Shown one piece after another: positions 49,613 through 62,732 of a stretch of DNA of 64,000 bases. Both the position numbers and the translations under genes were made by a program. Positions within the stretch are counted from its first letter, which is position 1, and each line of letters starts with the position of its first letter. The stretch lies in the NCBI RefSeq assembly GCF_041886205.1, contig NZ_CP169029.1, one strand, 5' to 3'. The DNA comes from Escherichia coli (GTDB lineage Bacteria > Pseudomonadota > Gammaproteobacteria > Enterobacterales > Enterobacteriaceae). A model generated the notes under the pieces. That model was not told the DNA's origin. It was given only the letters and a program-made list of their open reading frames with translations, and ran no database searches.

Positions 49613-50815
49613 TCAGGCAGTCAGGCGGCTCGCGTCTTGCGCGATAACCAGTTCTTCGTTGGTTGGGATAACCACCGCAGGACGGGTACCTTCTTTGTTG
49701 ATGAAACCAGATTTGCCGAAACGTGCAGCCAGGTTGCGTTCATGATCAACTTCAAAGCCCAGCACGCCCAGTTTGCCCAGAGACAGTTCACGAACCATCG
49801 CGGCATTTTCACCGATACCACCAGTGAATACAACAGCGTCCAGACGACCATCCATCAGCGCAGTGTAGGCACCGATGTATTTCGCCAGGCGGTGGCAGTA
49901 AACGTCCATTGCGCGCTTCGCGTCTTCTTTCGTCGCGTAGTTGTCTTCAACATAGCGGCAGTCGCTGGTCACTTCGGTCAGACCCAGCAGGCCAGACTCT
50001 TTGGTCAGCAGTTTGTTGATTGCGTCAACGCTCATGCCCAGGGTGTCGTGCAGGTGGAAGATGATCGCCGGATCGATATCACCAGAACGGGTACCCATGA
50101 CCAGACCTTCCAGCGGGGTCAGGCCCATAGAGGTGTCAACGCATTTACCGTTGCGGATAGCAGAAACGGAACCACCGTTGCCCAGGTGGCAGGTGATGAT
50201 GTTCAGTTCTTCTACCGGTTTGTTCAGCATTTTTGCCGCTTCCTGGGTTACATAGAAGTGGCTGGTGCCGTGCGCGCCGTAACGACGGATGCCGTGCTCT
50301 TTGTACAGGTTGTAAGGCAGGGCGTAGAGGTAAGACTCTTCCGGCATAGTCTGGTGGAACGCGGTGTCAAATACAGCAACGTTTTTGTCTTTCAGCTGTG
50401 GGAAAGATTTCAGAGCTTCTTCGATACCGATCAGGTGAGCCGGGTTGTGCAGCGGTGCAAAAGAAGCTGCATCTTTGATACCCTGAATAACAGACTCATC
50501 GATCACTACGGAGCTGGTATACTTTTCGCCGCCGTGTACGATACGGTGACCGATAGCAGTCAGCTGCGCAGACAGTTCTGGTTTTTGTGCCAGAATAGTA
50601 TTAACGATAAAGTTGAGCGCTTCGCTGTGAGCGGCGCCTGCACCTAAAGCCGCTTCCTGTTTATTGCCGTCCATTTTCCATTTGATACGTGCTTCGGGCA
50701 GGTGGAAACATTCGGCTAAACCAGAAAGGTACTCTTCACCATTTACTGCATCGATGATGGCAAATTTCAGTGAAGAACTACCGCAGTTCAGAACCAGTAC
50801 TAACTTACTCGACAT
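49613..50815 (-). CDS. ackA: Acetate kinase AckA
   Basis: 400-aa [26 protein letters not shown]... Confidence 0.97.
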   Translation of the reverse strand: MSSKLVLVLNCGSSSLKFAIIDAVNGEEYLSGLAECFHLPEARIKWKMDGNKQEAALGAGAAHSEALNFIVNTILAQKPELSAQLTAIGHRIVHGGEKYTSSVVIDESVIQGIKDAASFAPLHNPAHLIGIEEALKSFPQLKDKNVAVFDTAFHQTMPEESYLYALPYNLYKEHGIRRYGAHGTSHFYVTQEAAKMLNKPVEELNIITCHLGNGGSVSAIRNGKCVDTSMGLTPLEGLVMGTRSGDIDPAIIFHLHDTLGMSVDAINKLLTKESGLLGLTEVTSDCRYVEDNYATKEDAKRAMDVYCHRLAKYIGAYTALMDGRLDAVVFTGGIGENAAMVRELSLGKLGVLGFEVDHERNLAARFGKSGFINKEGTRPAVVIPTNEELVIAQDASRLTA

Positions 50816-51152
50816 GGAAGTACCTATAATTGATACGTGGCTAAAAAAACGTCAGGGAGCCATAGAGCGTAGCGCATGATGACACCGACATTTATGATTA
50901 ACATCATGCACTGCAAATTTTTTTTGCATGATGGAAGAAATATCTTGAGTCTATGCCATTTTGCGTAATTTTCAGCCAATGGCATAATGTATATGAATTT
51001 GACGACTCAATGAATATGTACTACTTAGGCCTTCAGGCTGCTAAAGGATACCTGATAGTGGGTATGGAAGACAAAATGTTTTGAACGTTGTCCCGCTGAG
51101 TTGTGAATTTGCACAAATTTTTGAATCTTTATATGTGAAGTTGAGGTGAAGC

Positions 51153-51608
51153 ATGTCAACGCCGGATAATCGTTCTGTTAATTTTTTTAGCTTGTTTCGC
51201 CGGGGACAGCATTACTCAAAGACGTGGCCGCTGGAAAAACGCCTTGCCCCGGTCTTTGTCGAAAATCGCGTTATCAAGATGACGCGTTATGCGATCCGTT
51301 TTATGCCGCCGATCGCCGTATTTACTCTCTGCTGGCAGATTGCCCTGGGCGGTCAGCTTGGGCCGGCAGTTGCCACTGCCCTGTTCGCCTTAAGTTTACC
51401 CATGCAGGGATTGTGGTGGCTGGGCAAGCGTTCTGTCACGCCATTACCCCCTGCTATCCTCAACTGGTTTTATGAAGTTCGCGGTAAATTGCAGGAGTCT
51501 GGACAGGTGTTGGCACCCGTTGAAGGCAAGCCTGATTACCAGGCATTAGCTGACACGCTTAAGCGCGCCTTCAAACAACTGGATAAAACTTTCCTTGATG
51601 ATTTGTAA
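51153..51608 (+). CDS. yfbV: UPF0208 membrane protein YfbV
   Basis: 151-aa ORF divergent from ackA. Confidence 0.85.
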
Positions 51609-51612
51609 TTGA

Positions 51613-52185
<573 letters not shown>

Positions 52186-52195
52186 GGAGGCCCGC

Positions 52196-52846
52196 GTGCG
52201 GTGCAAAGGTTTTCTGTTTGATCTTGATGGAACGCTGGTGGATTCCCTGCCTGCGGTAGAACGGGCGTGGAGCAACTGGGCCAGACGTCATGGGTTAGCG
52301 CCGGAAGAGGTGCTGGCTTTCATTCACGGTAAACAGGCGATCACCTCTTTGCGCCATTTTATGGCGGGCAAATCCGAGGCTGATATTGCCGCCGAGTTTA
52401 CGCGTCTGGAGCACATCGAGGCCACGGAAACCGAAGGTATTACCGCGCTTCCGGGGGCAATCGCCTTACTCAGTCATTTGAATAAAGCAGGTATTCCGTG
52501 GGCCATTGTGACTTCTGGCTCCATGCCGGTAGCGCGAGCGCGCCATAAAATAGCTGGGCTTCCCGCACCAGAGGTGTTTGTAACCGCTGAGCGAGTGAAG
52601 CGCGGAAAACCAGAACCTGATGCGTATCTGTTAGGCGCGCAGCTGCTGGGGCTTGCGCCGCAGGAGTGTGTGGTGGTGGAAGATGCTCCCGCTGGCGTGC
52701 TTTCTGGCCTGGCGGCGGGTTGTCATGTCATTGCGGTTAACGCTCCGGCAGATACCCCGCGCCTGAATGAGGTCGATTTGGTCCTCCACAGTCTGGAGCA
52801 AATTACTGTGACCAAACAGCCAAATGGCGATGTTATTATTCAGTGA
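52196..52846 (+). CDS. hxpA: HAD-family sugar phosphatase HxpA (YfbT)
   Basis: 216-aa ORF with DLDGTL HAD motif; GTG start. Confidence 0.85.
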   Translation: MRCKGFLFDLDGTLVDSLPAVERAWSNWARRHGLAPEEVLAFIHGKQAITSLRHFMAGKSEADIAAEFTRLEHIEATETEGITALPGAIALLSHLNKAGIPWAIVTSGSMPVARARHKIAGLPAPEVFVTAERVKRGKPEPDAYLLGAQLLGLAPQECVVVEDAPAGVLSGLAAGCHVIAVNAPADTPRLNEVDLVLHSLEQITVTKQPNGDVIIQ

Positions 52847-52864
52847 AACACCTGATCATGATTT

Positions 52865-52889
52865 AGCCCCGTCTCGTCGGGGCTTTTTT
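52865..52889 (+). terminator. Rho-independent terminator after hxpA
   Basis: agccccg-tctcgt-cggggct followed by ttttt. Confidence 0.8.
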
Positions 52890-52932
52890 ATGGCAGAATC
52901 AAGACATCTCCCTCAATTAACAAGGATAAGTT

Positions 52933-54765
52933 GTGAACGGTGAATTGATTTGGGTTCTTTCATTACTGGCCGTTGCCATTGTCTTGTTTGCGACGGGCAG
53001 AGTGCGTATGGATGCGGTCGCTTTGTTTGTTATTGTCGCGTTTGCATTAAGCGGAACGCTGACAGTCCCCGAAGTATTTTCCGGCTTTTCTGATCCTAAC
53101 GTTGTCCTGATTGCCGCCTTGTTTATTATTGGCGATGGTTTGGTCCGTACCGGTGTTGCCACCGTAATGGGAACATGGCTGGTCAAAGTTGCGGGCAACA
53201 GTGAAATCAAAATGTTGGTTTTGTTGATGCTGACCGTCGCGGGGCTTGGCGCGTTTATGAGTTCAACCGGCGTTGTCGCTATCTTTATTCCCGTGGTGTT
53301 AAGCGTTGCCATGCGTATGCAAACTTCGCCGTCACGTCTGATGATGCCGTTGAGTTTTGCCGGGCTGATAAGCGGCATGATGACGCTGGTGGCGACGCCG
53401 CCGAACCTGGTAGTCAACAGTGAATTGCTGCGTGAAGGCTATCACGGCTTCAGTTTCTTTAGCGTAACACCTATTGGCCTGGTCGTGCTGGTGCTGGGTA
53501 TTTTGTATATGTTAGTGATGCGTTTCATGCTGAAAGGGGATACCCAGACCCCGCAGCGCGAAGGCTGGACGCGTCGAACCTTTCGCGATCTTATCCGTGA
53601 ATATCGACTGACCGGGCGTGCGCGACGTCTGGCTATTCGCCCCGGATCGCCAATGATTGGTCAACGGCTGGATGATCTCAAATTACGTGAGCGTTATGGC
53701 GCTAACGTCATCGGTGTTGAACGCTGGCGGCGTTTTCGTCGCGTTATCGTGAACGTTAATGGGGTTTCTGAATTTCGCGCGCGTGACGTTTTGCTTATTG
53801 ATATGTCTGCGGCTGATATCGATCTCCGGCAATTTTGTAGTGAGCAATTGCTGGAGCCGATGGTACTGCGCGGCGAGTATTTTTCTGACCAGGCCCTTGA
53901 TGTGGGCATGGCAGAGATTTCATTAATTCCTGAGTCAGAACTGATTGGTAAATCGGTGCGCGAAATTGGTTTTCGTACCCGCTACGGACTGAATGTGGTG
54001 GGGCTAAAGCGCAATGGCGTGGCGCTGGAAGGTTCGCTGGCGGATGAGCCTCTGCTGCTGGGCGATATCATCCTGGTTGTTGGTAACTGGAAACTGATCG
54101 GTATGCTGGCCAAACAGGGCCGCGACTTCGTAGCGCTGAACTTACCGGAAGAGGTGAGTGAAGCATCGCCCGCGCACAGCCAGGCACCCCATGCCATTTT
54201 CTGTCTGGTGCTAATGGTGGCGTTAATGCTGACCGATGAAATTCCTAATCCTGTTGCCGCTATCATCGCCTGCCTGCTGATGGGGAAATTCCGCTGTATA
54301 GATGCTGAAAGCGCCTATAAATCCATTCACTGGCCGAGCATTATTTTGATCGTTGGGATGATGCCGTTTGCTGTGGCATTACAGAAAACGGGAGGTGTCG
54401 CGCTGGCGGTGAAAGGGCTGATGGACATTGGCGGCGGTTACGGGCCACATATGATGCTGGGTTGTTTGTTTGTCTTGTCGGCGGTTATTGGGCTATTTAT
54501 CTCTAATACCGCGACGGCGGTGTTGATGGCTCCGATTGCGCTGGCTGCTGCCAAAACGATGGGTGTGTCGCCTTATCCATTCGCGATGGTCGTGGCGATG
54601 GCAGCATCCGCCGCCTTTATGACACCGGTTTCTTCACCTGTTAACACACTGGTTTTAGGTCCGGGAAATTACAGCTTCAGTGACTTTGTGAAGTTGGGGG
54701 TACCGTTCACCATTATCGTGATGGCGGTTTGTGTGGTGATGATCCCGATGCTGTTTCCGTTTTGA
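52933..54765 (+). CDS. yfbS: Putative anion transporter YfbS (two permease domains flanking TrkA-C-like domains)
   Basis: 610-aa ORF, GTG start with SD aggataag. Confidence 0.85.
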   Translation: MNGELIWVLSLLAVAIVLFATGRVRMDAVALFVIVAFALSGTLTVPEVFSGFSDPNVVLIAALFIIGDGLVRTGVATVMGTWLVKVAGNSEIKMLVLLMLTVAGLGAFMSSTGVVAIFIPVVLSVAMRMQTSPSRLMMPLSFAGLISGMMTLVATPPNLVVNSELLREGYHGFSFFSVTPIGLVVLVLGILYMLVMRFMLKGDTQTPQREGWTRRTFRDLIREYRLTGRARRLAIRPGSPMIGQRLDDLKLRERYGANVIGVERWRRFRRVIVNVNGVSEFRARDVLLIDMSAADIDLRQFCSEQLLEPMVLRGEYFSDQALDVGMAEISLIPESELIGKSVREIGFRTRYGLNVVGLKRNGVALEGSLADEPLLLGDIILVVGNWKLIGMLAKQGRDFVALNLPEEVSEASPAHSQAPHAIFCLVLMVALMLTDEIPNPVAAIIACLLMGKFRCIDAESAYKSIHWPSIILIVGMMPFAVALQKTGGVALAVKGLMDIGGGYGPHMMLGCLFVLSAVIGLFISNTATAVLMAPIALAAAKTMGVSPYPFAMVVAMAASAAFMTPVSSPVNTLVLGPGNYSFSDFVKLGVPFTIIVMAVCVVMIPMLFPF

Positions 54766-54770
54766 CAAGA

Positions 54771-54812
54771 GCGTGATGTCGCATCCGGCGCTTATTGCCT
54801 GATGCGACGCAG
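54771..54812. repeat. REP-like palindromic element between convergent yfbS and yfbR
   Basis: gatgtcgcatccggcg...gcctgatgcgacgc. Confidence 0.55.
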
Positions 54813-54823
54813 ACTCCGGCTGC

Positions 54824-55423
54824 TTACAGCGGTGAATCCTGGCTAATCTCATCGAGCGAAAGATGGAAGCTGGGAACAAATACTTCCATGAAGTAGTCCA
54901 TCTCCTGGCTGCGACGCGCTTCAAGCGTCGCTTCCAGTCGCGTTTTTGCCAGCAAGAATTCATTATTTCCGGCCGCGAGTTCTTCCAGACATTTCAGATA
55001 TGCACACAGTGCATCTGCCTGTTTCACCAACGATTTTTCTTCATCGCTATATGCATGCTCGTCAATTAACGGCGCAAAGATATCCCGCAGCTCTTCCGGA
55101 ACCATATCGACCAGTTTTTGCTGAGCGATTTTTTCAATAGCCTTGTACTCCTGAGCGATTTGCGAATTGAAGTATTTCACCGGAGTAGGGAGATCGCCGG
55201 TGAGCACTTCTGAGGCATCGTGGTACATCGCCAGTAAAGCGATACGTTCGGCGTTGACATTACCGCCAAATTTCCGATTTTTGATAGCTGCCAGCGCATG
55301 GGCGACCATCGCTACCTGCAAACTGTGTTCGGACACATTTTCCGTCCGCACGTTGCGCATGAGCGGCCAGCGGTTAATGAGTTTCAGGCGGGAGAGATGG
55401 GCAAAAAAATGGCTCTGTTTCAT
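54824..55423 (-). CDS. yfbR: HD-domain 5-prime-deoxynucleotidase YfbR
   Basis: 199-aa ORF with HD motif. Confidence 0.9.
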
Positions 55424-55506
55424 AGTGACCTTACGTATGATGACATCATCAGGTCATTGTGGCGGGATAACACTGCCGGATGCAATCTCCGGCAGTGAAA
55501 TTAAGA

Positions 55507-56724
55507 TTACAGCTGATGATAACCAGAAAGGAAACGCGCGAACTTGCTCAAAGACAGCTCGATATCATCGACACGCGGTAGCGTGACAATGCGGAAGTGA
55601 TCCGGCCACGGCCAGTTGAATGCCGTCCCTTGCACCAACAGAACTTTTTCCTGCAACAGGAAATCCAGCACCATTTTCTGATCGTCGTGAATGTTAAAGC
55701 GTTTGGCGTCGATTTTCGGGAACATATACAGCGCACCACGAGGTTTCACGCAGGAAACGCCCGGAATATCGTTGATCAGTTCCCACGCGCGGTTACGCTG
55801 CTCATAAAGACGACCGCCAGGGGTAATAAATTCACTAATGCTCTGATAACCACCCAGCGCGGTCTGAATGGCGTGTTGCGCAGGAACGTTAGCACACAGG
55901 CGCATTGAAGCCAGCATTTCCAGACCTTCGATGTAGCCTTTGGCGTGTTTTTTCGGCCCGTTCAACACCATCCACCCCTGACGGAAGCCTGCAACGCGGT
56001 ACGTTTTCGACAGTCCGTTAAAGGTAATGGTCAGCAGGTCAGGTGCCAGTGGCGCAATTGAGTGATGCTCAGCATCGTCGTAGAGAATTTTGTCATAAAT
56101 TTCATCGGCGAAGATAATGAGATTATGCTGACGTGCAATCTCCACAATCTCCATTAAAAGCTCTTTGGAATATACCGCGCCGGTTGGGTTATTTGGGTTG
56201 ATAATAACGATCCCACGCGTACGAGGCGTAATTTTAGCGCGAATATCATCGAGGTCCGGGAACCAGTCAGAGGATTCATCGCAAAGATAATGCACCGCTT
56301 TACCGCTGGAAAGCGAAACCGCCGCGGTCCAGAGTGGGTAATCTGGTGCAGGAACCAACATTTCGTCCCCGCTGTTCAGCAATGCCTGCATTGCCTGAAC
56401 GATCAGCTCCGATACACCATTGCCGATGTAAATATCTTCCACGGTAACATCACGCATGCCACGAGCCTGGTAGTGCTGCATGATGGCTTTACGCGCGGAG
56501 TAAAGCCCTTTGGAATCGCAATACCCTTGAGCGGTAGGCAGGTTGCGTATCACGTCAACGAGGATTTCATCTGGCGCGTCAAAACCGAATGGGGCTGGGT
56601 TGCCGATGTTCAGTTTCAGTACCTTGTTACCTTCTTCTTCCAGGCGTTTTGCTTCTTTCAGCACCGGACCACGGATGTCATAACAGACATTCTCTAATTT
56701 GCTGGATTTTTCAATGGGGGACAT
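55507..56724 (-). CDS. alaA: Glutamate-pyruvate aminotransferase AlaA
   Basis: 405-aa ORF, PLP aminotransferase family. Confidence 0.9.
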   Translation of the reverse strand: MSPIEKSSKLENVCYDIRGPVLKEAKRLEEEGNKVLKLNIGNPAPFGFDAPDEILVDVIRNLPTAQGYCDSKGLYSARKAIMQHYQARGMRDVTVEDIYIGNGVSELIVQAMQALLNSGDEMLVPAPDYPLWTAAVSLSSGKAVHYLCDESSDWFPDLDDIRAKITPRTRGIVIINPNNPTGAVYSKELLMEIVEIARQHNLIIFADEIYDKILYDDAEHHSIAPLAPDLLTITFNGLSKTYRVAGFRQGWMVLNGPKKHAKGYIEGLEMLASMRLCANVPAQHAIQTALGGYQSISEFITPGGRLYEQRNRAWELINDIPGVSCVKPRGALYMFPKIDAKRFNIHDDQKMVLDFLLQEKVLLVQGTAFNWPWPDHFRIVTLPRVDDIELSLSKFARFLSGYHQL

Positions 56725-57639
56725 GAATCTTGACCTTTTTTGCTGTTATCGCCACTCCCTGCCGTGGAAGTCAGCTTAGAACAATGTACTCCCCCAGGAC
56801 GGTGTTTTGAAGGTCTGCAGAATAAGATTTTGCCAGAGGGGAAGGCTCGATTGTGCTGTTAATAACTTAATAATGACAAATAATGAGGTGTATATGCTTT
56901 AAATGCAATATTATATAGTGAATTGTTCTGATTCTTAATTGAAAGTCTGGTTTTTTTATCTGTAAGATAATTGTGTGAAAATACCTCATTTAAGAATTCA
57001 CTAATGAAACGCGATGATGATATTTCCGCATTACGGAGAGTTTAACAGCGTGATGATTTCCGAGGTGTCGCAATGGGGGCAAGGTGTGAAACTATTGTTA
57101 AGCGGAATTAATGAATGAGGATGATGCTAATTAATTATTATTTAATATTCAAAAAGGTTTTGATGTGCTTATTAATAATAGAAGATTACTTTGCCTAACA
57201 TAACATAACTTTGCATCAGATAATTCGCAATGATCCTTATAAATAAAAGGTTTTTGGGGTAAAATGCTCGCATAAATGACGGATCCCTGCTCTTGATGCC
57301 GCCTCACCATTGCTGTTTGTACGTGTTCGCGTATGACCAGCGATGCTGCACGAGAGTGGAACAAGGACTCACATTTACATTTATACAAACACGCGCATGT
57401 CATAAATAGAAAAGAGTGAGTAACTTAATAGATATGCGATCCCTGAAGATATATTCTGTGATCTACTTCAGGCATTATAACGGAACAATGTGAGTCGCTT
57501 TTTTAGTGCAACTCATATGCATTTTTACTTTCGTCCGGGTTCCGGATGAAACTGCCAGGGAGGCACATTACAAATGGAATTGCTTGTTTGTGTGTGCACA
57601 GCATTAACCAGCTCAGTATGAGCCGCCAGTAAGTGATAA

Positions 57640-58581
<942 letters not shown>

Positions 58582-58616
58582 TCGACGGACGATAGATAAT
58601 TCCTGAGACAATAGTG

Positions 58617-58664
58617 TAAAAAACGAGCCGCTGGGGGGGTTTTAAACCCCAGCGGCTTTTTTTT
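58617..58664. terminator. Bidirectional terminator after lrhA
   Basis: A-run, gccgctgggg / ccccagcggc stem, then 8 T. Confidence 0.8.
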
Positions 58665-59211
58665 AGTAAAAATCCTTCCTCGCATAGTGCAGAACGCACA
58701 AAACTGTTCATTTTTCAATCACCAGAGATTCACGTCCCGAACGCACAAATAATCGCCTGAAAAAAATCACCTGCTACAATGATGTTAAAAAATACGTAAA
58801 TTTGTTGCTGCGTTTTTGTTATGGAATGACAAAAGCGTGTCACAGATCAAGAAAATACTCTCTTTTGGGGGGAGGAATCGACACAAATTCCTGTCAAAAT
58901 AGACCCGTATTTTTTCCATTGCTTCACAACGGACACGATTCAACAACATCTAATTATCCTGGAGTCGTCAAGGATCTGGGGTGAAAGGGCATTAAATGCT
59001 AATGGTGTTGATATTATGTAAACTAATGTGAAGAAACTTTTGTTAAAGTTGACAAAAGGTTATAGAAAGGAGTAAAAGACCACATCAATTAGCTGTATAA
59101 AAGAATTTCTACAGTGATTGTAAGGTTTTTTTTATTCCTCCCCATGAATCGATGTGGCGTCCATCTGCCGTGAAGAGCAGTGAATCTGGCGCTACTTTTG
59201 ATGAGTAAGCA

Positions 59212-59655
59212 ATGAGTATGTCAACATCCACTGAAGTCATCGCTCATCACTGGGCATTCGCTATCTTTCTTATCGTTGCCATTGGCCTGTGTTGCCTGAT
59301 GCTGGTAGGCGGTTGGTTTTTAGGCGGTCGCGCACGCGCGAGGTCGAAAAACGTGCCGTTTGAATCCGGTATCGACTCGGTCGGCTCCGCCCGCTTACGC
59401 CTGTCCGCCAAGTTTTATCTGGTGGCCATGTTCTTCGTTATCTTCGACGTTGAAGCGCTGTATCTGTTCGCATGGTCAACCTCTATCCGCGAAAGCGGCT
59501 GGGTAGGCTTTGTGGAAGCTGCAATTTTTATTTTTGTGTTACTGGCAGGTCTGGTTTATCTGGTGCGTATTGGCGCGCTGGACTGGACGCCCGCGCGTTC
59601 ACGCCGCGAGCGTATGAACCCGGAAACGAACAGTATCGCTAATCGTCAACGCTAA
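59212..59655 (+). CDS. nuoA: NADH-quinone oxidoreductase subunit A
   Basis: 147-aa membrane [28 protein letters not shown]... Confidence 0.97.
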
Positions 59656-59670
59656 CCGCGAGGCATTAAG

Positions 59671-60333
59671 ATGGATTATACGCTCACCCGCATAGATCCC
59701 AACGGTGAGAACGACCGTTACCCCCTGCAAAAGCAGGAGATCGTAACCGACCCTCTGGAGCAAGAAGTTAACAAAAACGTGTTTATGGGCAAGCTCAATG
59801 ACATGGTTAACTGGGGTCGTAAAAACTCAATTTGGCCGTATAACTTCGGTCTTTCCTGCTGTTACGTTGAGATGGTGACTTCGTTTACCGCGGTGCATGA
59901 CGTGGCGCGTTTTGGCGCAGAAGTATTGCGTGCTTCGCCGCGTCAGGCTGACCTGATGGTGGTTGCAGGAACCTGCTTTACCAAAATGGCACCGGTTATT
60001 CAGCGTCTGTATGACCAGATGCTGGAACCAAAATGGGTTATCTCAATGGGTGCCTGTGCCAACTCTGGTGGTATGTACGATATTTATTCCGTTGTGCAGG
60101 GCGTCGATAAATTCATCCCGGTTGATGTGTATATCCCGGGCTGCCCGCCGCGTCCTGAAGCGTACATGCAGGCACTGATGCTGTTGCAGGAATCTATCGG
60201 CAAAGAACGTCGTCCGCTCTCCTGGGTGGTTGGCGATCAGGGCGTTTATCGCGCCAATATGCAATCAGAGCGCGAACGCAAGCGCGGTGAACGCATTGCC
60301 GTAACCAACCTGCGTACACCTGACGAGATTTAA
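59671..60333 (+). CDS. nuoB: NADH-quinone oxidoreductase subunit B
   Basis: 220-aa ORF with CCxxE and GxCxxxGG Fe-S motifs. Confidence 0.97.
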
Positions 60334-60426
60334 TTTGCGCCTGTCGGCAAAGGGATTTTTCTTCGCTTATTCCTAAATCTATTTCGCGAAGCTTACTGCG
60401 CCGACAGTCACCACGGACCATTTGCA

Positions 60427-62229
60427 ATGGTGAACAATATGACCGACTTAACCGCGCAAGAACCCGCCTGGCAGACCCGCGATCATCTTGATGATCCGGT
60501 AATTGGCGAACTGCGCAACCGTTTTGGGCCGGATGCCTTTACTGTTCAGGCGACTCGCACCGGGGTTCCCGTTGTGTGGATCAAGCGTGAACAATTACTG
60601 ATCGTGGCCGATTTCTTAAAGAAACTGCCGAAACCTTACGTCATGCTGTTTGACTTACACGGCATGGACGAACGTCTGCGCACACACCGCGAAGGGTTAC
60701 CTGCCGCGGATTTTTCCGTTTTCTACCATCTGATTTCTATCGATCGTAACCGCGACATCATGCTGAAGGTGGCGCTGGCAGAAAACGACCTGCACGTACC
60801 GACCTTCACCAAACTGTTCCCGAACGCTAACTGGTATGAGCGTGAAACCTGGGATCTGTTTGGCATTACTTTCGACGGTCACCCGAACCTGCGCCGCATC
60901 ATGATGCCGCAAACCTGGAAAGGTCACCCGCTGCGTAAAGATTACCCGGCGCGCGCTACCGAATTCTCGCCGTTTGAGCTGACCAAAGCCAAACAGGATC
61001 TGGAGATGGAAGCCCTGACCTTCAAACCGGAAGAGTGGGGGATGAAGCGCGGCACCGAAAACGAGGACTTCATGTTCCTCAACCTCGGTCCGAACCACCC
61101 GTCGGCGCACGGGGCTTTCCGTATCGTTTTACAACTCGACGGCGAAGAGATTGTCGACTGCGTACCAGACATCGGCTACCACCACCGTGGTGCGGAGAAA
61201 ATGGGCGAGCGCCAGTCCTGGCACAGCTACATTCCGTATACCGACCGTATTGAATACCTCGGCGGCTGCGTTAACGAAATGCCTTACGTGCTGGCGGTAG
61301 AGAAACTGGCCGGGATCACCGTGCCGGATCGCGTTAACGTCATTCGCGTTATGCTCTCCGAACTGTTCCGTATCAACAGCCACCTGCTGTACATCTCGAC
61401 CTTTATTCAGGACGTCGGCGCAATGACGCCCGTGTTCTTCGCCTTTACCGATCGTCAGAAAATTTACGATCTGGTGGAAGCGATCACGGGTTTCCGTATG
61501 CACCCGGCGTGGTTCCGTATTGGCGGCGTAGCGCACGACCTGCCGCGCGGCTGGGATCGCCTGCTGCGTGAGTTCCTCGACTGGATGCCGAAACGTCTGG
61601 CGTCTTACGAGAAAGCGGCGCTGCAAAATACCATTCTGAAAGGTCGTTCCCAGGGCGTTGCCGCCTATGGCGCGAAAGAGGCGCTGGAGTGGGGCACCAC
61701 TGGCGCGGGCCTGCGTGCTACCGGGATCGACTTCGACGTGCGTAAGGCGCGTCCTTATTCTGGCTATGAAAACTTCGACTTTGAAATCCCGGTTGGTGGT
61801 GGTGTTTCTGACTGCTACACCCGCGTAATGCTGAAAGTGGAAGAGCTGCGCCAGAGTCTGCGCATTCTTGAGCAGTGCCTCAACAACATGCCGGAAGGCC
61901 CGTTCAAAGCGGATCACCCGCTGACCACGCCGCCGCCGAAAGAGCGCACGCTGCAACATATCGAAACCCTGATCACCCACTTCCTGCAAGTGTCGTGGGG
62001 GCCGGTGATGCCTGCCAATGAATCTTTCCAGATGATTGAGGCGACCAAGGGGATCAACAGTTACTACCTGACCAGCGACGGTAGCACCATGAGTTATCGC
62101 ACTCGTATCCGCACGCCGAGTTATGCGCATTTGCAGCAAATTCCGGCGGCGATCCGCGGCAGCCTGGTGTCTGACCTGATTGTTTATCTGGGCAGTATCG
62201 ATTTTGTTATGTCAGATGTGGACCGCTAA
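60427..62229 (+). CDS. nuoC: NADH-quinone oxidoreductase fused subunit C/D
   Basis: 600-aa ORF; alternative start at ATG 60439 (MTDLTAQEP...) has a better SD-like ggtga and cannot be excluded. Confidence 0.9.
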   Translation: MVNNMTDLTAQEPAWQTRDHLDDPVIGELRNRFGPDAFTVQATRTGVPVVWIKREQLLIVADFLKKLPKPYVMLFDLHGMDERLRTHREGLPAADFSVFYHLISIDRNRDIMLKVALAENDLHVPTFTKLFPNANWYERETWDLFGITFDGHPNLRRIMMPQTWKGHPLRKDYPARATEFSPFELTKAKQDLEMEALTFKPEEWGMKRGTENEDFMFLNLGPNHPSAHGAFRIVLQLDGEEIVDCVPDIGYHHRGAEKMGERQSWHSYIPYTDRIEYLGGCVNEMPYVLAVEKLAGITVPDRVNVIRVMLSELFRINSHLLYISTFIQDVGAMTPVFFAFTDRQKIYDLVEAITGFRMHPAWFRIGGVAHDLPRGWDRLLREFLDWMPKRLASYEKAALQNTILKGRSQGVAAYGAKEALEWGTTGAGLRATGIDFDVRKARPYSGYENFDFEIPVGGGVSDCYTRVMLKVEELRQSLRILEQCLNNMPEGPFKADHPLTTPPPKERTLQHIETLITHFLQVSWGPVMPANESFQMIEATKGINSYYLTSDGSTMSYRTRIRTPSYAHLQQIPAAIRGSLVSDLIVYLGSIDFVMSDVDR

Positions 62230-62231
62230 TT

Positions 62232-62732
62232 ATGCACGAGAATCAACAACCACAAACCGAGGCTTTTGAGCTGAGTGCGGCAGAGCGTGAAGCGATTGAG
62301 CACGAGATGCACCACTACGAAGACCCGCGTGCGGCGTCCATTGAAGCGCTGAAAATCGTTCAGAAGCAGCGTGGCTGGGTGCCGGATGGTGCGATCCACG
62401 CGATCGCCGATGTGCTGGGTATTCCGGCAAGCGACGTCGAAGGTGTGGCAACGTTCTACAGTCAGATCTTCCGTCAGCCGGTTGGTCGCCATGTGATCCG
62501 TTATTGCGACAGCGTGGTCTGTCATATCAACGGGTATCAGGGTATTCAGGCGGCGCTCGAGAAAAAGCTGAACATCAAACCAGGGCAAACGACATTTGAT
62601 GGCCGCTTTACGCTGCTGCCAACTTGCTGCCTGGGGAACTGTGATAAAGGGCCAAACATGATGATCGATGAGGACACTCACGCGCATCTGACCCCGGAAG
62701 CGATCCCTGAACTGCTGGAGCGGTATAAATGA
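62232..62732 (+). CDS. nuoE: NADH-quinone oxidoreductase subunit E
   Basis: 166-aa ORF with 2Fe-2S cysteine motifs. Confidence 0.97.

Noticed and set aside
47382..50647. Three long plus-strand ORFs (47382-48626, 48729-49610, 49607-50647; 293-414 aa) antisense to pta and ackA
   Set aside because: They lie entirely within and opposite two highly expressed genes with strong codon bias, which depletes stop codons on the antisense strand. The translations are low-complexity (Arg/Gln/Thr/Phe-rich) with no recognisable domain or ribosome binding site.
57149..57403. 84-aa Cys-rich minus-strand ORF in the alaA-lrhA spacer
   Set aside because: No RBS and composition consistent with chance ORF in AT-rich DNA; retained only as part of the low-confidence spacer finding.
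60335..60409. Direct (tgcgcc) plus inverted (ctgtcggc / gccgacag) repeats flanking the nuoB-nuoC spacer
   Set aside because: Only an 8-bp stem with a loop of about 50 nt, within the range expected by chance in a GC-rich spacer; no supporting evidence for function.
61129..62139. 336-aa minus-strand ORF antisense to nuoC, and similar antisense ORFs opposite purF (34534-35304), pdxB (26533-27189), accD (30512-31177), dedD (32626-33219), aroC (17169-17762) and nuoF (63284-63886)
   Set aside because: All are embedded in strongly supported genes on the other strand and show Arg/Ala-rich composition typical of antisense reading of GC-rich coding DNA.
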